NCBI GenBank assembly: GCA_963624605.1
Contig: CAVFQD010000001.1
Coordinates: 2,441-66,440 of the forward strand
Direction: 5' to 3'
Length of the DNA: 64,000 nt
Origin: Eshraghiella crossota
GTDB taxonomy: Bacteria > Bacillota > Clostridia > Oscillospirales > Acutalibacteraceae
Part shown: positions 62,721 through 64,000 of the stretch, one piece after another
How the letters are laid out: every line of letters starts with the position of its first letter
Position numbering within the stretch: the first letter of the stretch is position 1
Notes under the pieces: generated by a model
What the model was told of the DNA's origin: nothing
The model's input: the letters and a program-made list of their open reading frames with translations, nothing else
Database searches by the model: none
Translations under genes and position numbers: made by a program

Positions 62721-63158
62721 ATGAAAATCTCGACAAAGGGCAGATATGCTTTGAGGCTTATGCTTGACCTCGCCATGCATTGCGACGAGGGCTATGTTTC
62801 AATAAAGACAATTTCGGGGCGGCAGGGTATATCCGAAAAGTATCTTGAGCAGATAATCAAGATGCTTTCAAAAAGCGGACTTGTCGAAAGCACAAGGGGA
62901 GCGCAGGGCGGCTACCGTCTTATGAAAAAGCCCGAGGAATACACCGTCGGGGAAATTCTGCGTGTTACCGAGGGAAGTCTTGCGCCCGTTTCGTGCCTTG
63001 ACGACGCAGAAAACCATTGTGAACACTGCGATGACTGCGTGACGATTGAAATATGGCAGAATGTATTGGACGCCATAAACGAGGTTGTCGATTCGATAAC
63101 GCTTGACTACCTCGTAAAGAAGCAGAAGGCAAAGGGGATTTGTTGCAACAAGGGTTGA
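62721..63158 (+). CDS. Rrf2 family transcriptional regulator (Cys-containing, IscR/CymR-like)
   Basis: MKISTKGRYALRLMLDLA... wHTH domain. The C-terminal CLDDAENHCEHCDDC provides candidate cluster ligands. Confidence 0.9.
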   Translation: MKISTKGRYALRLMLDLAMHCDEGYVSIKTISGRQGISEKYLEQIIKMLSKSGLVESTRGAQGGYRLMKKPEEYTVGEILRVTEGSLAPVSCLDDAENHCEHCDDCVTIEIWQNVLDAINEVVDSITLDYLVKKQKAKGICCNKG

Positions 63159-63162
63159 GGAA

Positions 63163-63801
63163 ATGAAAATAGATACACGGGAAATTCTGCGCTATTCGGG
63201 GTACAGAGGGGCTTCTCCCGACCGAAAAACGGCAGAAATGATAGAAGAACTGAAAAAAGAGGTTGAGCTTTGCTCAGACCCGAAGAGTATATATAAAGAG
63301 GTTGAATTTGCAAAAACGGAGGGCTCTGTAATCATCGACGGTATGGTCTTTCGCAGTAAAAAGCTCGTTTCGCATTTGAAAAATTCGGACAGGCTTCTGC
63401 TGTTTGCGGCGACTCTCGGCACTCCGAGCGATATAATGCTCCGCAAATACATTTCGTCAGATTCCGCAAAGGCGGTGCTTGCACAGGCAACGCTTGCGGC
63501 GGCTTGTGAGAGCTACTGTGACGAAATCTGCGATGAAATCGCCGAAAAAGAGGCGAAAAACGGATATTATCTGCGGCCGAGGTTTTCTCCCGGATACGGC
63601 GACCTTGATTTGACCTCGCAAAGGGAGCTTTTCTCCCTGCTTGACATTACAAAGAGGATAGGCATTTATCTCTCGGACAACTGTCTGATGATGCCGACAA
63701 AATCCGTCAGTGCATTTATAGGACTTACAAGAGACAGGGATTGCAGTATAAATTCGTGTGTTAATTGCGACAATACCGAATGTGAATTCAGAAAGGCGTG
63801 A
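63163..63801 (+). CDS. stand-alone methionine synthase activation-domain-like protein (Met_synt_B12 family)
   Basis: 212 aa. RPRFSPGYGDLDL...MMPTKSVSAFIGL is typical of the MetH reactivation-domain family. It has a C-terminal Cys cluster CSINSCVNCDNTEC. Confidence 0.75.
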   Translation: MKIDTREILRYSGYRGASPDRKTAEMIEELKKEVELCSDPKSIYKEVEFAKTEGSVIIDGMVFRSKKLVSHLKNSDRLLLFAATLGTPSDIMLRKYISSDSAKAVLAQATLAAACESYCDEICDEIAEKEAKNGYYLRPRFSPGYGDLDLTSQRELFSLLDITKRIGIYLSDNCLMMPTKSVSAFIGLTRDRDCSINSCVNCDNTECEFRKA

Positions 63802-63805
63802 AAAA

Positions 63806-64000
63806 ATGAAATTCAAGGAAAAGCTTGGAAAGGAAATGCTCATATGCGACGGCGCAATGGGTACGCTGCTTATTGAAAACGGACTCAAAGCAGGCGAATT
63901 GCCTGAGCTGTGGAACATAGAGCACCCTGATATACTATATAAAATACACAAGCAGTATGTCGATGCGGGCGCAGACATTATTTCGGCAAACACCTTTGGC
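63806..64000 (+). CDS. metH: methionine synthase / homocysteine S-methyltransferase domain, N-terminal fragment (runs off the window end)
   Basis: MKFKEKLGKEMLICDGAMGTLLIENGLKAGELPELWNIEHPDILYKIHKQYVDAGADIISANTFG is a typical Hcy-binding domain start. Confidence 0.8.
   Translation, partial: MKFKEKLGKEMLICDGAMGTLLIENGLKAGELPELWNIEHPDILYKIHKQYVDAGADIISANTFG

Overview
The window looks like a chromosomal segment of a spore-forming Firmicute of class Clostridia, probably Oscillospiraceae/Ruminococcaceae-like. That assignment rests on gene content only (rnfCDGEAB, ctsR-mcsA-mcsB-clpC, spoVAD, nrdDG); no search was possible. Most of the window is tightly packed housekeeping DNA. It contains anaerobic ribonucleotide reductase; apbE plus a complete Rnf complex; the class III heat-shock operon; pyk; infC-rpmI-rplT; trmH-dprA-topA-trmFO-plsX-rnc-(radical SAM)-smc-ftsY-rdgB; yhbY-nadD-yqeK-rsfS-leuS; araAD; and the start of a split metH locus. 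Accessory content includes a MerR-controlled cupin/CMD/aldo-keto reductase operon, a CotH-DUF4956-VTC triad, a GH29 fucosidase, a BNR/sialidase-like protein and several hydrolases. No tRNA, rRNA, CRISPR array, transposase or recognisable defence system was found. The unusual material lies in four oversized intergenic spacers. (1) At 61942-62422 there are three head-to-tail copies of a 157/158-bp hairpin-dense non-coding unit. A diverged solo copy sits in inverted orientation at 185-282. Both the last array copy and the solo copy end in the same GAAAGGCTATGGTGATT string immediately before the start of a small membrane-protein gene. Mutually exclusive pairings there could hide that start, so this is my best candidate for an undescribed cis-regulatory RNA or sRNA family. 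(2) At 24893-25163 there is a 129-bp non-coding tandem repeat (2.1 copies) upstream of pyk. (3, 4) A dispersed GTAGGG-hairpin / GTGAATA-repeat family occurs at 52126-52334 and 60486-60617. Other points worth checking are an unannotated 35-codon Cys-rich hydrophobic peptide, an FtsY with a C-terminal acidic extension, and several regulatory sites (NrdR, Rex-like, CtsR, MerR-type). All calls come from reading the sequence and the translations; no database search or folding program was run.
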